Shown here: positions 1 through 9,719 of the stretch, piece by piece
Position numbering within the stretch: the stretch's first letter is position 1
How the letters are laid out: each line of letters opens with the position of its first letter
From: a virus
Lineage: Duplodnaviria; Caudoviricetes
Length of the DNA stretch: 64,000 nt
IMG/VR virus record: IMGVR_UViG_2974556029_000001
Location: 16,298-80,297 of that record
Strand: one strand, 5' to 3'
The notes under the pieces: model-generated
What the model saw: the letters and a program-made list of their open reading frames with translations, nothing else
Told to the model about the DNA's origin: nothing
Database searches by the model: none
Program-made: the position numbers and the translations under genes

Positions 1-2
1 TC

Positions 3-353
3 CCTGACGAGACTATCGAGGCCCTGCTCCAAGCGAGCGGGGCCTCTGTGCTGTCCGTCGCCGCGGATCTCGCCAGCATGTTGGCGGCCAAGTACGCCAA
101 TTCGGTCGACACCGATCTGGACAACCAGGGTTTCAAGTATTCCCAGCGCGCCAAGCAGTTCTCGGAACTGGCGGCGCGCCTGCGGGCCGAGGATGCGGCC
201 GCTCGAGTCGTGATCCCCCCGAACGAAGATCCGACCGACCGGGTCGCCATGGGCGGCGGGGTCATCGCGCTGGGCACGTCAACCTCGGAGGTGATCGACG
301 CCCTGAACGATCCGGAGAACCTCGACAACTTCCATCGCTGGATGTGCCGCTGA
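3..353 (+). CDS. Head-tail adaptor/head completion protein, 5'-truncated by window edge
   Basis: Frame is open from position 3 (PDETIEALLQASG...), so the true start is upstream. Sits directly before the neck genes; LASMLAAKYA...KYSQRAKQF resembles phage head-tail connectors. Confidence 0.55.
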   Translation, partial: PDETIEALLQASGASVLSVAADLASMLAAKYANSVDTDLDNQGFKYSQRAKQFSELAARLRAEDAAARVVIPPNEDPTDRVAMGGGVIALGTSTSEVIDALNDPENLDNFHRWMCR

Positions 354-691
354 TGGACGACCCGATCGACACGATGATCCGCGGCGCGCCGACGCCGGCC
401 GAACTGCAGACGCCCGCAGATCCGAACAAGAAGTACGACCCGGACGAGCGCTTCGTGCCTGGCCAGATGCAGAAGACGCCCGTGATCTGCTTCTTCAGCA
501 GCACGGCGATCGACAGCGGCGCGAACTATGACGCCACGGTGATCGTCCGTGCGGCGGACATGCCGGCCCACGTGAAGGCCAAGCAGAGCCGGGTCGACGT
601 CGCCGGCGGGAACTACTCCATCGACCGTATCAAGGTCCGCCGCTGGCTTGGCCAGGTGAACGGCTACCAGCTGAACCTGGTGACATCATGA
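344..691 (+). CDS. Putative head closure/head-tail joining protein
   Basis: 115 aa, beta-rich, in the canonical position after the adaptor, overlapping both neighbours. Confidence 0.45.
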   Translation: MPLMDDPIDTMIRGAPTPAELQTPADPNKKYDPDERFVPGQMQKTPVICFFSSTAIDSGANYDATVIVRAADMPAHVKAKQSRVDVAGGNYSIDRIKVRRWLGQVNGYQLNLVTS

Positions 692-1164
692 GCGATCGGC
701 CCGCCGACTACATCCGCAAGGTCAACGCGATGTTCGACCGGGCCGACCGCTTCATCTACACGGTGGCGCGGGAATGGATCATCGAGTGCGTCCAGGACCT
801 GGCCTACAACACCCCTGGGCCAGGCCTGCAGTACGACCAGACCCAGTACATCGCGACCGGGCGCCTGCGCGGCGGCTGGAACTACGCCACTTTCCCGCCA
901 CCCGCCACGGCCAGCCGGTTCGATGGCGGCCCCTATGACGAGACGGGCGACGAGACCGTGGCGCGGGTGCGTGCGGCGGTCTATGCCCTGGACCTTCCTG
1001 CCAGCCCTAGCCTATGGAACGATGTGGCCTACGGGTTCGACGTCCACTTCGGCCTGGGGAACCACGAACATATCGGCCCGCGCCCCTGGGTCGACGAGGT
1101 CGCCAAGCGCGCCCAGTCGAACTTCAACCGGGCGCGCAGCAGGGTGATGGCGAGCTATGTCTGA
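688..1164 (+). CDS. Neck/tail completion protein (HK97 gp10-like)
   Basis: ATGRLRGGW, WNDVAYG..VHFG and GPRPWV motifs resemble the gp10-like pattern (TG.LR.S...Y...VE.G...RP); synteny fits. Confidence 0.6.
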   Translation: MSDRPADYIRKVNAMFDRADRFIYTVAREWIIECVQDLAYNTPGPGLQYDQTQYIATGRLRGGWNYATFPPPATASRFDGGPYDETGDETVARVRAAVYALDLPASPSLWNDVAYGFDVHFGLGNHEHIGPRPWVDEVAKRAQSNFNRARSRVMASYV

Positions 1165-1636
1165 CGACGACCTGGTCAGGAAGGCCCTGGAGAAGCGCCT
1201 CAAGGCGCAGCACGCCGCTCTCCTGGCGGTAATCCCGGACGACTGGAAGGATGAACTGGTCGGCGCTGGCTGGCCGGTCGACGAGTTCCCGATCAAGTGG
1301 CCGAACATCGCGTTCAACGCCAGCAAGGCCATCACCTACCTGCAATTCACCTTCCACCCGAGCTCTGTGAAGTACCCGGAATTGGGGCGTCGGAGCCGCA
1401 AGGAGAGCGAAGGTTTCGCCCTGATCGGGGTTCGAACGCCAGAGGGTGCTGGCGACGATATCTCCGGCGATCTCGTCAAGGTCATTGAAACGGCATATCC
1501 ATACGCCGACGACCTTGAAGAAGGCGGCCTGACGGTTCGGATTGAGGGTGTCGAAGGACGCCCTGGGTACGGGTCGGACGGCAAGTGGTATCGTCCCGTC
1601 AACGTCAATTGGCTCATCTCGAGGAGGCCCTCATGA
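1157..1636 (+). CDS. Tail terminator-like protein
   Basis: IKWPN..F....YLQF...GF.LIGVR.PEG.G pattern; located between neck and tail tube genes. Confidence 0.6.
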   Translation: MSDDDLVRKALEKRLKAQHAALLAVIPDDWKDELVGAGWPVDEFPIKWPNIAFNASKAITYLQFTFHPSSVKYPELGRRSRKESEGFALIGVRTPEGAGDDISGDLVKVIETAYPYADDLEEGGLTVRIEGVEGRPGYGSDGKWYRPVNVNWLISRRPS

Positions 1637-2232
1637 AGAAGACCACCGCCGCGGGCGACACGCCCGCCACCGAAGAAGTTCAGGTTTCGGCCGAAGAGGC
1701 CGCGCGCCTGGCCGACGAGCAAGACCGCGAGGGCGCGGTTCTGGTGCCGGCCGACAATCTGGCCAGCCCGATCGTCGCCGAAACCCTGGTCGACGACGAG
1801 GCCGTGAAAAACGAATGGGCCAAGGCCCTCGTCCTGGCCGGCGGCGGCGAACGCATGCCGAACCGTGACGGCCGCAAGGTCATCGTGGTGCAGGTCACCG
1901 GCGTCGACGCCGACAAGGCCACCTATCCCAAGTCCGGCGATGCCTACCTGGGCTACGCGGGCGGCGAGGAGCCCTTCTCGTCCGAGATCACGGCTCCCGT
2001 CTTCCTGCTGGGCGGCAACGTCCGTCAGAAGGGCTTCCGCGGCCTTTCCAAGATCTCGGGCTATCTCTGCGTCGGCCCGTCTCACCCGGCTTTCGCCGCG
2101 GTGAACCTGGCCTGGCAGAAGGGCGCCCGCGACGTGAAGGTGGTCGGACTGACCGATGCCGAGGCGGCCCACCTCCGCCCCTGGTTCGAAGAGATCCGCC
2201 CGTTCTTCGACGTGCTCGAGTACGGCGGCTAA
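1633..2232 (+). CDS. Hypothetical protein with DUF115/MptE-like (GT29-like) motifs
   Basis: Start re-called at ATG 1633 (GAGGAGG SD, ATGA overlap). Motifs LVLAGGG and SHPAFAAVNLAWQKGARDVKVVGL. Confidence 0.45.
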   Translation: MKKTTAAGDTPATEEVQVSAEEAARLADEQDREGAVLVPADNLASPIVAETLVDDEAVKNEWAKALVLAGGGERMPNRDGRKVIVVQVTGVDADKATYPKSGDAYLGYAGGEEPFSSEITAPVFLLGGNVRQKGFRGLSKISGYLCVGPSHPAFAAVNLAWQKGARDVKVVGLTDAEAAHLRPWFEEIRPFFDVLEYGG

Positions 2233-2286
2233 CCCCGCGTTCCCCCAACCAACGCCCGCGCGACGGGCCTGATCAAGAGGTATGAC

Positions 2287-3210
2287 ATGCCCGTCAAACG
2301 CGGCTCCCAACACCGCCTTCTGGCCATCAAGGAGACGGTCTACGGCACCACCCCGGCCACGCCGACCATGCTGGAGATCCTGCTGACCCGCCTGCGGGTC
2401 AACAAGCAGATGGGCGTGACCCGCTCCGGCACGATCCGCCAGCATCCCTTCGTCGACCGCATGCTCCCGGGTCGCAAGACCCAGGACCTGGAAATCGGCA
2501 TGGAGCTGCAGACCAACAACATGGATCTGCTGTTCGAGATGCTCGCGGCCAAGACCTTCTCGACCGACGTCCTGAAGATGGGCGACGGCCTGACCAGCAT
2601 GACCCTCGAGTCCCAGGCTCAGGTCGGCGCGGGCCTGTTCGACCACTTCCTGGGCGCCTTCGTGAACCGGATGGAGATCTCCTTCTCGGCCAACGAAGAC
2701 GCCGCGATCGCCGTGACCATTGGCTTCGGGGCGCTGAGCTCCGAGCTCGACGCCACCGCGACCCTGGCCACCGCCGTCACCGAAGCCGTGGACGTCGATC
2801 CGCTCGTCTTCTTCGACTCGGTGGTCAACATCGCCGGCGTTGCGCGCCCGGTGACCGCCCTGACGATCCGGGCCGAACGCACCGTCGAGCCCCTGTGGGT
2901 CGGCGGCTCGTACCTGCCCCGCGAGAACGTCCCGGGCGACTTCACCCTGAGCGGCTCCCTGACCATCCCCTACGAGGACGCTGTCGAGTCGGCTCGTCTC
3001 GAGGGCTTCGTCGATGCCGACCTCGAGGTCGTCTGCCTGTCGGCCTCGGGCGACACCGGCATCACGTTCGCCGTGCCGAAGCTCAAGTACATGAGCATGG
3101 GCAAGGAAGTGGCGGGCCGCGGCGCGCGCTACCAGGAAATCGACTACGAAGCGTACTATGACCGGACCGAGCAGACGGTTCTGGTCATCACGCGCGACAA
3201 CACCGTCTAA
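2287..3210 (+). CDS. Major tail (tube) protein
   Basis: 307 aa; E..YG.TP start, G..V....I.F, SG.L...Y.D and Y.A.YD motifs typical of siphophage tube proteins; followed by chaperone and tape measure. Confidence 0.8.
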   Translation: MPVKRGSQHRLLAIKETVYGTTPATPTMLEILLTRLRVNKQMGVTRSGTIRQHPFVDRMLPGRKTQDLEIGMELQTNNMDLLFEMLAAKTFSTDVLKMGDGLTSMTLESQAQVGAGLFDHFLGAFVNRMEISFSANEDAAIAVTIGFGALSSELDATATLATAVTEAVDVDPLVFFDSVVNIAGVARPVTALTIRAERTVEPLWVGGSYLPRENVPGDFTLSGSLTIPYEDAVESARLEGFVDADLEVVCLSASGDTGITFAVPKLKYMSMGKEVAGRGARYQEIDYEAYYDRTEQTVLVITRDNTV

Positions 3211-3216
3211 GAGGTT

Positions 3217-3359
3217 CGCCCCGGCGCAGCGGATGATCTCCGCTGGACTGCTGGGGCGTTCTGCCCGAAAGGGTAGAGACGGGCGGCCGGTCTACTGTGG
3301 GGTGCCGGTCGCCCGTCGTTCTTAACCCCGCAGAAAGCCCCACACGAGGATCCCCACAT
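3217..3359 (+). ncRNA. Structured intergenic RNA element (three hairpins, possible pseudoknot)
   Basis: Hairpins at 3217-3258, 3260-3277 (GAAA tetraloop) and 3278-3317; the third loop is complementary to 3325-3333. Confidence 0.5.
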
Positions 3360-3843
3360 GCTGGAATTTGACGCCCTGAAGGTGTTCGACACCGACAAGA
3401 TCAACAACGGCGCCTGGATGCAGTTCATCAACCCGGTCACGGAAGAGCCCATCTTCCTGGACCCGGAAACCCAGAAGCTGCCGTCGGAAGTCCGGGTCCG
3501 CTCGGTCAAGTCCAAGGCCTTCGACGAGCACCTCGACACCGTGCAGCGCCGGGCCGTCGACCGCGCCCGCGCCGGCAAGGGCAAGAAGGCCCGCGAGGAA
3601 ATGCTGGTCCAGCTGAAGAAGGAAGGGCCCGAGTCCTTCGCCGCCCTGGTCGCCGGCTTCCGCAACGTCTCCAAGGCCCAGCCGGGCGAGATCACCCCGC
3701 CCAAGGCCGACCTGGTCCATTTCGCCAAGCAGCTCGAGAACAAAGAGTTCGTCGACCAGGTCCTCGAGTACGCCGCCGACGACCGCAACTACGGTCCGGA
3801 CGGTGAAGAGCCGGGAAAAGCCTCGGCCGACGGCGAAGACTGA
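3358..3843 (+). CDS. Tail assembly chaperone (gpG-like)
   Basis: 161 aa, follows the tail tube gene, ends just after a slippery heptamer. Confidence 0.75.
   Translation: MLEFDALKVFDTDKINNGAWMQFINPVTEEPIFLDPETQKLPSEVRVRSVKSKAFDEHLDTVQRRAVDRARAGKGKKAREEMLVQLKKEGPESFAALVAGFRNVSKAQPGEITPPKADLVHFAKQLENKEFVDQVLEYAADDRNYGPDGEEPGKASADGED
3813..3819 (+). promoter_or_regulatory. -1 programmed ribosomal frameshift site G GGA AAA
   Basis: XXXYYYZ heptamer in frame; the -1 frame is stop-free from 3819 to 4289. Confidence 0.8.
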
Positions 3844-4289
3844 GCCTTGAAGAACAGCGAGCGGCCCTCCTCAAGGAAGCGGAGGGCCGCTTCAAGGACC
3901 AGATCGTCGTCGCCGGCTCCCCGCTGAAGGAGCACGACAAGAAGAAGCTCTTGTTCGCCGAGCGTCAGAAGGCGAAAGCTGAAGGCCGGCCCTGGCCACC
4001 TCCGCCGGCGGTCATGAAGGCCATCCTGCAGACGGCCAAGCGGCGCACCAGTCGACAGAAAGCCCCCGATCTGGAGCTCCTCTATCTGCTGGTCTACTAC
4101 GAGGAGCTGAGGCAGGCGAACCCGATCGGGTTCTCGGTTCAGCCCGTCGCGTTCAGCGAAATCCTCGCCTACATGACGCTCTACAAGATCCCCTACGACG
4201 CTTTCGACATCGAGACTATTCGCCGTCTCGACGTTGTGTGGCTAAACTGTCTGCCGAAGCCCGATCCTCCGGACAAGTCGCGGAAGTGA
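3819..4289 (+). CDS. Tail chaperone frameshift extension (gpT-like part of G-T fusion, about 310 aa total)
   Basis: -1 frame continuous with the ORF listed as 3951..4289; RQ...GFS.QP..FSEI.AY...Y......DIE.I..LD motif typical of gpT-like proteins. Confidence 0.75.
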   Translation, partial: SLGRRRRLSLEEQRAALLKEAEGRFKDQIVVAGSPLKEHDKKKLLFAERQKAKAEGRPWPPPPAVMKAILQTAKRRTSRQKAPDLELLYLLVYYEELRQANPIGFSVQPVAFSEILAYMTLYKIPYDAFDIETIRRLDVVWLNCLPKPDPPDKSRK

Positions 4290-4313
4290 TCAGGCCCATT
4301 TCCCAACAGGCGG

Positions 4314-7300
4314 ATGGTCATGGCCGACTTCCCTACCCTTGGTCTTAACTTCGACCTGAACGAGATCGTGGGCGCCACGCGCGGGCTTGAGAAGGCCAAA
4401 TCGGCCTATCTCGAGCTCGGGGAGGCGTCGGAGGAGGCGGCCAAGGAAGCCGAGGCCGCGGCGAACCGGGTAGTCACGGCGGCCAAGAAGCTGGCGCGCG
4501 CCGCCGGCGACGCTCGCTCCGAGGCGCGCGGCAAGGGCGGCAAGCCGGCCAAGACGGCCGAAGAACTCCAGATGGAGGCGATCCAGAAGGCGATCGGGGA
4601 GAAGTCCCGCTTCTGGAAGCAGAAGAGCGCCGAGCAGATGGCGGCGGCCCGCGCCGCGGCCGCTGAGGAGGCCGCTCAGCTGGAGAAGACCAACCGCCTG
4701 GCCCAGGACATGCTGAACTTCCGGATCCGCCTTACGCGCCAGCGGGCGGCGGAGGCGTCGGCGGCTGAGCGCGCCGTGGCGGAGGCGGCCGACAAGGCGG
4801 AGAACGAGATCCGGCAGAACGCTCGCACGACTCTGGAATTCCGCATGCGCATGGCGCGCCAGCGGGCCGCCGAGGAAGAGCAGATCGAACGCCGAGTGGT
4901 CGCCTCCATGCAGGCCGCTCACGCCGCCGCCGCGGCCGAAGCCAAGATCGACGCCGACGTGCAGAAGGCCCTGGCCGAGCGAAACTCCCAGTTCCGCGTC
5001 GACCAGATCAAGCGCGAGTACGCCGAAGAAGAAGCCGCTCGAGCCAGGCGCCTGGCCGATATCCGTTCCGACGCGGAGATCGAACGCCGCCTGGCCGAGC
5101 GCAACATGGACTTCCGGGCCCAGCAGATCATCACGGCGTCGGCCGGCGGCGGCGGTCGTGGTGGCGGCCTCTTCTCTAACCTCTTCGGCGGCGCGGGTGG
5201 CGCCGGCGGCTTCAACGGCATCCTCGGCAACCTGAACGACACCGTGGGCCGCGTCCGCACCTCCTTCCTGAACGCGCGTTTCGCTGTCGCCGCCTTCCTT
5301 GGCGCGCTGACCGTTCAGCCGATCGTCCACGTCATCGACAGCATGACCGCCCTCCAGGCGCGCGTCTCGCTGTATGCGGCCAAGGCCAGCGACGTGCCAT
5401 ACACGTTCGAGGCCCTCTACAAATCCGCCCAGGACGCCCGCCAGCCCCTGGAAGGCATCGCGACCCTCTACACCCGCCTCGCCCCGCTTGCCGACCAACT
5501 TGGCAAGTCCCAGCGCCAGCTGCTCGGGATCACCAAGACGGTGGCCCAGTCCTTCGCTATCGGCGGTGCGTCGGCGGCCGAGTCCGCCTCCTCCAGCCAG
5601 CAGCTGGCCCAAGCCCTTGCCGCGAACCGACTGGGCGGTGACGAACTGCGCTCGCTGGCCGAGAACGCGCCGGTCCTGCTGCAGATGATCGCCAAGTCGC
5701 TGAACATGAACAGCGCCCAGTTCATCAAGTGGGCCCATGACGGCAAGGCCAGCGCCTCGGTCGTGGTCAACGCGATCGAACAGGCGTCCGGCAAGATCGA
5801 CGAGATGTTCAAGCGTTTCCCTGTCACGATCGGGCAGTCAATCACCCTGGTCTCGAACGCCTTCGCCCACCTGGTCGATCGCGTGAACGTGGCTACAGGC
5901 GCCAGCACCAAGATCGCGACCGAGATCTCCAAGCTCGCCGAGTTCCTTGATCGGCAGTCGACGATCGACGCCTTCTCTGCCGGGGTGACCAACTTCGGCA
6001 AGGCCCTGTCCCTGGTCGGCTCGGTGATCAAGGGAGTCGTCGATTACCTTCCGGCGCTGGGCGCTGGCCTGCTGACCATCGCCGCGGCGTCGGCCGCCCC
6101 GACTGTCATGTCAGCTCTGGCCACCGCCATCACGGCGGTGGGGATCGCCTCCACCGGCGCGGCCGGCAGGGCTCTGGTGTTCAACCAGGCCGTAATGGCC
6201 AGTTCCAGGGGTGTCGCCGCGCTGGTAGCGTCTCTGGGCGGCATGTCCGCGATCATCACGGGCGGCGTGGCGGTCGCCATCGCGCTTCTCGTCGCCGGCC
6301 TGGTGCGCATCAGGAAGGCCCAGGAAGATGCGCAGAACGCGGTCTCCAACTTCGGCGACACGCAGCAAGGCGCCATCTCCGCCCTTCAGCGCGCCGCGTC
6401 CTTCGCCGAGACCTACTCGATCAATACGTCTGGCCTCAGCAAGGCGCTGCTCGACGTCACCGGAGCCAGCAACTCGGCCGCGGGTGCGTCTGACACGGCG
6501 ACGAACGCGAACAAGGCGGCTCTCGAGATGGCAAATGCCCGCGCCGAGGCCGAGCGAGCGCTGACGGTGTCGATCCTGCGCCGCGCCGCCGCCGATGCTG
6601 GCCAGAACGCCCAGAAGGCCGACAATTCGATCAACGGCTTCATGGGTATCCGAGACCAGCTGCAGATCGGCCGGCGCCTTGCATCGCCAGAAGCGATCGC
6701 CAAGGCGGAGAAGCAAATCAAGGATGTTGAGGGCGTGGTCCAGAGGGAGCGCGACCTGCAGCAGAAGCTCGAGGCCCAGGCCAACGCGCTAGAAAAGGCC
6801 AATCTCACTGTCACCGTACCGGAAGGAAGCGGGAAGCCGAGCGGCGGAAACACAGAGGATCCTAACAAGGGCCTGACTGGAGCGATCAACCGCATCGCTC
6901 GCATGCGCGCCGAGGTGCTTGGCCTGCAGAACCAGATCCGGGCCCTGAGCGCAGATCCGCTGTCGGACTTCTCGGCCCGCATCATTGCGGCTGGTGAAGA
7001 AGCGGCGGCGCAGTACACCGCCGGCAAGGCCACCAAGTTCGGTGATCAGGCCCGAACCGTGGCTCAGCAAAAGGAAGAAGCCTCGATCCGACTCCAGTTG
7101 ACGCAGACCATGGTCGAGCAGGCGCGGGCCCAGGCGGACGAGAACGCCCAACTGGCCGTGTCCACGGCGGCGCGCCAACGGGCCAACGCGGTCCTGACGG
7201 CCTACTGGACCAGCGGCAACCGAACGGCCCAAGGCTATGCCGAGGCTCTCAGGCAAGCCTCGCAAGCCGAGGTCACCGGCGCGGTGCGCGCAGAAGAGCT

Positions 7301-9719
7301 GCGGATCGCCCAGCAGTATGGCGTCCGCACCATCGGCGAGATCTCGGCCGCCTATCAAAAGGCGACCGGCGCGACCAAGGAGAACGCCGACGCCCTGCAG
7401 CTGCAGGCCCAGAAGACGCTTGCCGCGACCGAGGCGACGATCAAGAACACCCAGGCCGAACGGGAGGCTGCTCAGGCCGCCAACGCGGCTCTGGATCGCA
7501 CCCAGGCCATTCAGGACCTGCAGGACTACGTTCAGGCTCTGAACAGCGGCACGGAGGCCCTCGCGGCCTACAATCGCCAGCTTCGGCTCCGCGCCGCCCT
7601 GGCCTCCGCTGGCCCAGCGGCCAACGTTGCTGGCGTGACCCGCGACATCAACGACCAGATCTCGGCTGAGGACGCTCAAGCGCGCGCCGAACGGAAAAAG
7701 TCGTTCGAGGAGCAGCTGCGCCTCGCCTCGCTCACGGCGCAGCAGCGTGAGGTGGAAGCCGAGGCCATGCGTCGGGTCGAGGAGGCGCAGAAGCGCGGGT
7801 CTCAGAACGCTCAGGAGCTCAGCATCTCCTGGCAGCGGATCCAGGTGGCCACGGAGCAGTCGCGACTGAACGTCGCCGGCCTGGCCGGACAGACGAAGGA
7901 CGCGGTCAGGAACGCCTTCATCGACACGGGGCGCCTGAACTTCAAGCCGCTGAAGGACAGCCTGACGCAGATGCTGCGCCAGTCTCTGTATGACGCCTGG
8001 CTTGCAAAGCCGATCGAAATCGTGGTCGACGCCATCGTGCGCCGGACCAAGAGCGGCCAGGAGCGCCTGAAGCAGCAGGGCGACCAACTGTGGGACCAGT
8101 TCAAGAACTCCGACTTCGCGAACGGCATCTCGAACACCTTCAAGAACGCCCTCTCCAAGCTTCCGGAGGGGATCAAGAAGCTGTTCGGCAACGGCGGCGC
8201 GAACCTGGGCGAGTTCGCCGGCAACACCATGGCCGGCTATGGCACGGGCGCGGCCGTCGCCGACGCTCTGGGCATCAAGGGGTCCACGTCGCACAAGGGT
8301 TGGCAGCAGGCCATGGACATCGGGGCGGCCGCCATCGGAACCGCGATCGGCGGCCCGATCGGCGGCGCTATCGCCACCTTCCTGTCGCGCTCTCTGGGCA
8401 AAGCCATCCTGGGCAAGGAGTCGAACCACGCGGCGATCGCGAGCTTCGACCAGTTCGGCAACTTCACCGGCTCCCTGACCGGCGACAAGCGAACCGACGA
8501 GACGATCGGCCTGGCCACCGCCGCGGCGACCGGGATCACCAACGGCATGAAGGCCCTGCGCGAGCTCGGCGCGACGCTGACGACGACGGTCAGCAAGCTG
8601 GATATCGGGACGCGGGACAAGACCCACATCAACTTCAGCGGCGGCCAGCAGATCGACACGGCCGTCGGTGACGCCGACGCGGCTGTGCAGGGTAGCCTGC
8701 TGCTGATCGCCAGATCGGCCCGGTTCGCCGACGAAGGCCTTCAGCGCTTCGTCGACAGCGTCGAGAACTCGGTCACGACGATCGACGAGCTGATCAACAA
8801 GATCCAGGCCTATCAGCAGGCGTCGGATTTCCGGACCAGCGTCGAGCGCAGCATCCTGCAGTACACCGACCCTCGCGAGTACGCGCTGTCGAACCTGCGT
8901 GACACCCAGGTCGCGCGGCGCAAGCAGGCGGCCGATTACTATTCGCAGGGGCTCTACACCATGGATCAGTACAGCCAGCTGCAGAGCAATCTTGGTAAGC
9001 TGGAGGGCATGGAGATCAAGGACCTCCTGACCCAACTGGCCACCGGCGTCGATGGCGCTGTCGCATCGCTCGACAAACTGAAAAAGGCGCAGGCGGACCT
9101 GGCCGACTATTTGACCGGCCTGCTGACCAGCAGCCTGTCGCCGCTGTCGCCCCAGGAGCAACTCCAGCTGTCTGGCGACAAGTTCAATTCGCTCCTGGCC
9201 AAGGCCATGGGCGGTGATCTGGACGCCTTCAACAAGATCACCGGCGCCTCTGACGAATATCTCAACGCGGCCCAGAAGTTCTTCGGCTCGACCGAGGCCT
9301 ACGCCGCCATCTTCGATCGCGTCTATGGCCAGTTGGAGCAGCTCAGCAGCAAGGAGTTCGAAGACCCGCTGGTCACGGCGATCGACGAGCAGACCCAGAA
9401 GCTGATCGACGCGATCAACCAGGCGACCGGCACCCTCGTGTCGTCGCTCGGAGCGAGCGCGGCTGCGGCCACGACGCCCACGGCCAACGACGTGGCCGCG
9501 GCCGTGTCTGGTGGCGCGCTGTCGAACACTCAGGTCGATCAGATCGTCACGGCGATCAAGGAGAGCAGCAACGTGATCAGCGACACGATCGCCGGCGCGG
9601 CCGAGGCGCAGGTTTCGGCCACCACCGACGGCTTCGGCGGCCTGACCGACGCCACGGTCGATAGCATGGGCACGGACGTCGCCTTGAACGGCGGCCAGGT
9701 GAGGACGAAAGCCGCATGA
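4314..9719 (+). CDS. Tape measure protein
   Basis: 1801 aa, Ala/Gln-rich helical; tape-measure domain QL.QALA.NRLGGDELRSLAENAP; follows the chaperone. Confidence 0.93.
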   Translation: MVMADFPTLGLNFDLNEIVGATRGLEKAKSAYLELGEASEEAAKEAEAAANRVVTAAKKLARAAGDARSEARGKGGKPAKTAEELQMEAIQKAIGEKSRFWKQKSAEQMAAARAAAAEEAAQLEKTNRLAQDMLNFRIRLTRQRAAEASAAERAVAEAADKAENEIRQNARTTLEFRMRMARQRAAEEEQIERRVVASMQAAHAAAAAEAKIDADVQKALAERNSQFRVDQIKREYAEEEAARARRLADIRSDAEIERRLAERNMDFRAQQIITASAGGGGRGGGLFSNLFGGAGGAGGFNGILGNLNDTVGRVRTSFLNARFAVAAFLGALTVQPIVHVIDSMTALQARVSLYAAKASDVPYTFEALYKSAQDARQPLEGIATLYTRLAPLADQLGKSQRQLLGITKTVAQSFAIGGASAAESASSSQQLAQALAANRLGGDELRSLAENAPVLLQMIAKSLNMNSAQFIKWAHDGKASASVVVNAIEQASGKIDEMFKRFPVTIGQSITLVSNAFAHLVDRVNVATGASTKIATEISKLAEFLDRQSTIDAFSAGVTNFGKALSLVGSVIKGVVDYLPALGAGLLTIAAASAAPTVMSALATAITAVGIASTGAAGRALVFNQAVMASSRGVAALVASLGGMSAIITGGVAVAIALLVAGLVRIRKAQEDAQNAVSNFGDTQQGAISALQRAASFAETYSINTSGLSKALLDVTGASNSAAGASDTATNANKAALEMANARAEAERALTVSILRRAAADAGQNAQKADNSINGFMGIRDQLQIGRRLASPEAIAKAEKQIKDVEGVVQRERDLQQKLEAQANALEKANLTVTVPEGSGKPSGGNTEDPNKGLTGAINRIARMRAEVLGLQNQIRALSADPLSDFSARIIAAGEEAAAQYTAGKATKFGDQARTVAQQKEEASIRLQLTQTMVEQARAQADENAQLAVSTAARQRANAVLTAYWTSGNRTAQGYAEALRQASQAEVTGAVRAEELRIAQQYGVRTIGEISAAYQKATGATKENADALQLQAQKTLAATEATIKNTQAEREAAQAANAALDRTQAIQDLQDYVQALNSGTEALAAYNRQLRLRAALASAGPAANVAGVTRDINDQISAEDAQARAERKKSFEEQLRLASLTAQQREVEAEAMRRVEEAQKRGSQNAQELSISWQRIQVATEQSRLNVAGLAGQTKDAVRNAFIDTGRLNFKPLKDSLTQMLRQSLYDAWLAKPIEIVVDAIVRRTKSGQERLKQQGDQLWDQFKNSDFANGISNTFKNALSKLPEGIKKLFGNGGANLGEFAGNTMAGYGTGAAVADALGIKGSTSHKGWQQAMDIGAAAIGTAIGGPIGGAIATFLSRSLGKAILGKESNHAAIASFDQFGNFTGSLTGDKRTDETIGLATAAATGITNGMKALRELGATLTTTVSKLDIGTRDKTHINFSGGQQIDTAVGDADAAVQGSLLLIARSARFADEGLQRFVDSVENSVTTIDELINKIQAYQQASDFRTSVERSILQYTDPREYALSNLRDTQVARRKQAADYYSQGLYTMDQYSQLQSNLGKLEGMEIKDLLTQLATGVDGAVASLDKLKKAQADLADYLTGLLTSSLSPLSPQEQLQLSGDKFNSLLAKAMGGDLDAFNKITGASDEYLNAAQKFFGSTEAYAAIFDRVYGQLEQLSSKEFEDPLVTAIDEQTQKLIDAINQATGTLVSSLGASAAAATTPTANDVAAAVSGGALSNTQVDQIVTAIKESSNVISDTIAGAAEAQVSATTDGFGGLTDATVDSMGTDVALNGGQVRTKAA

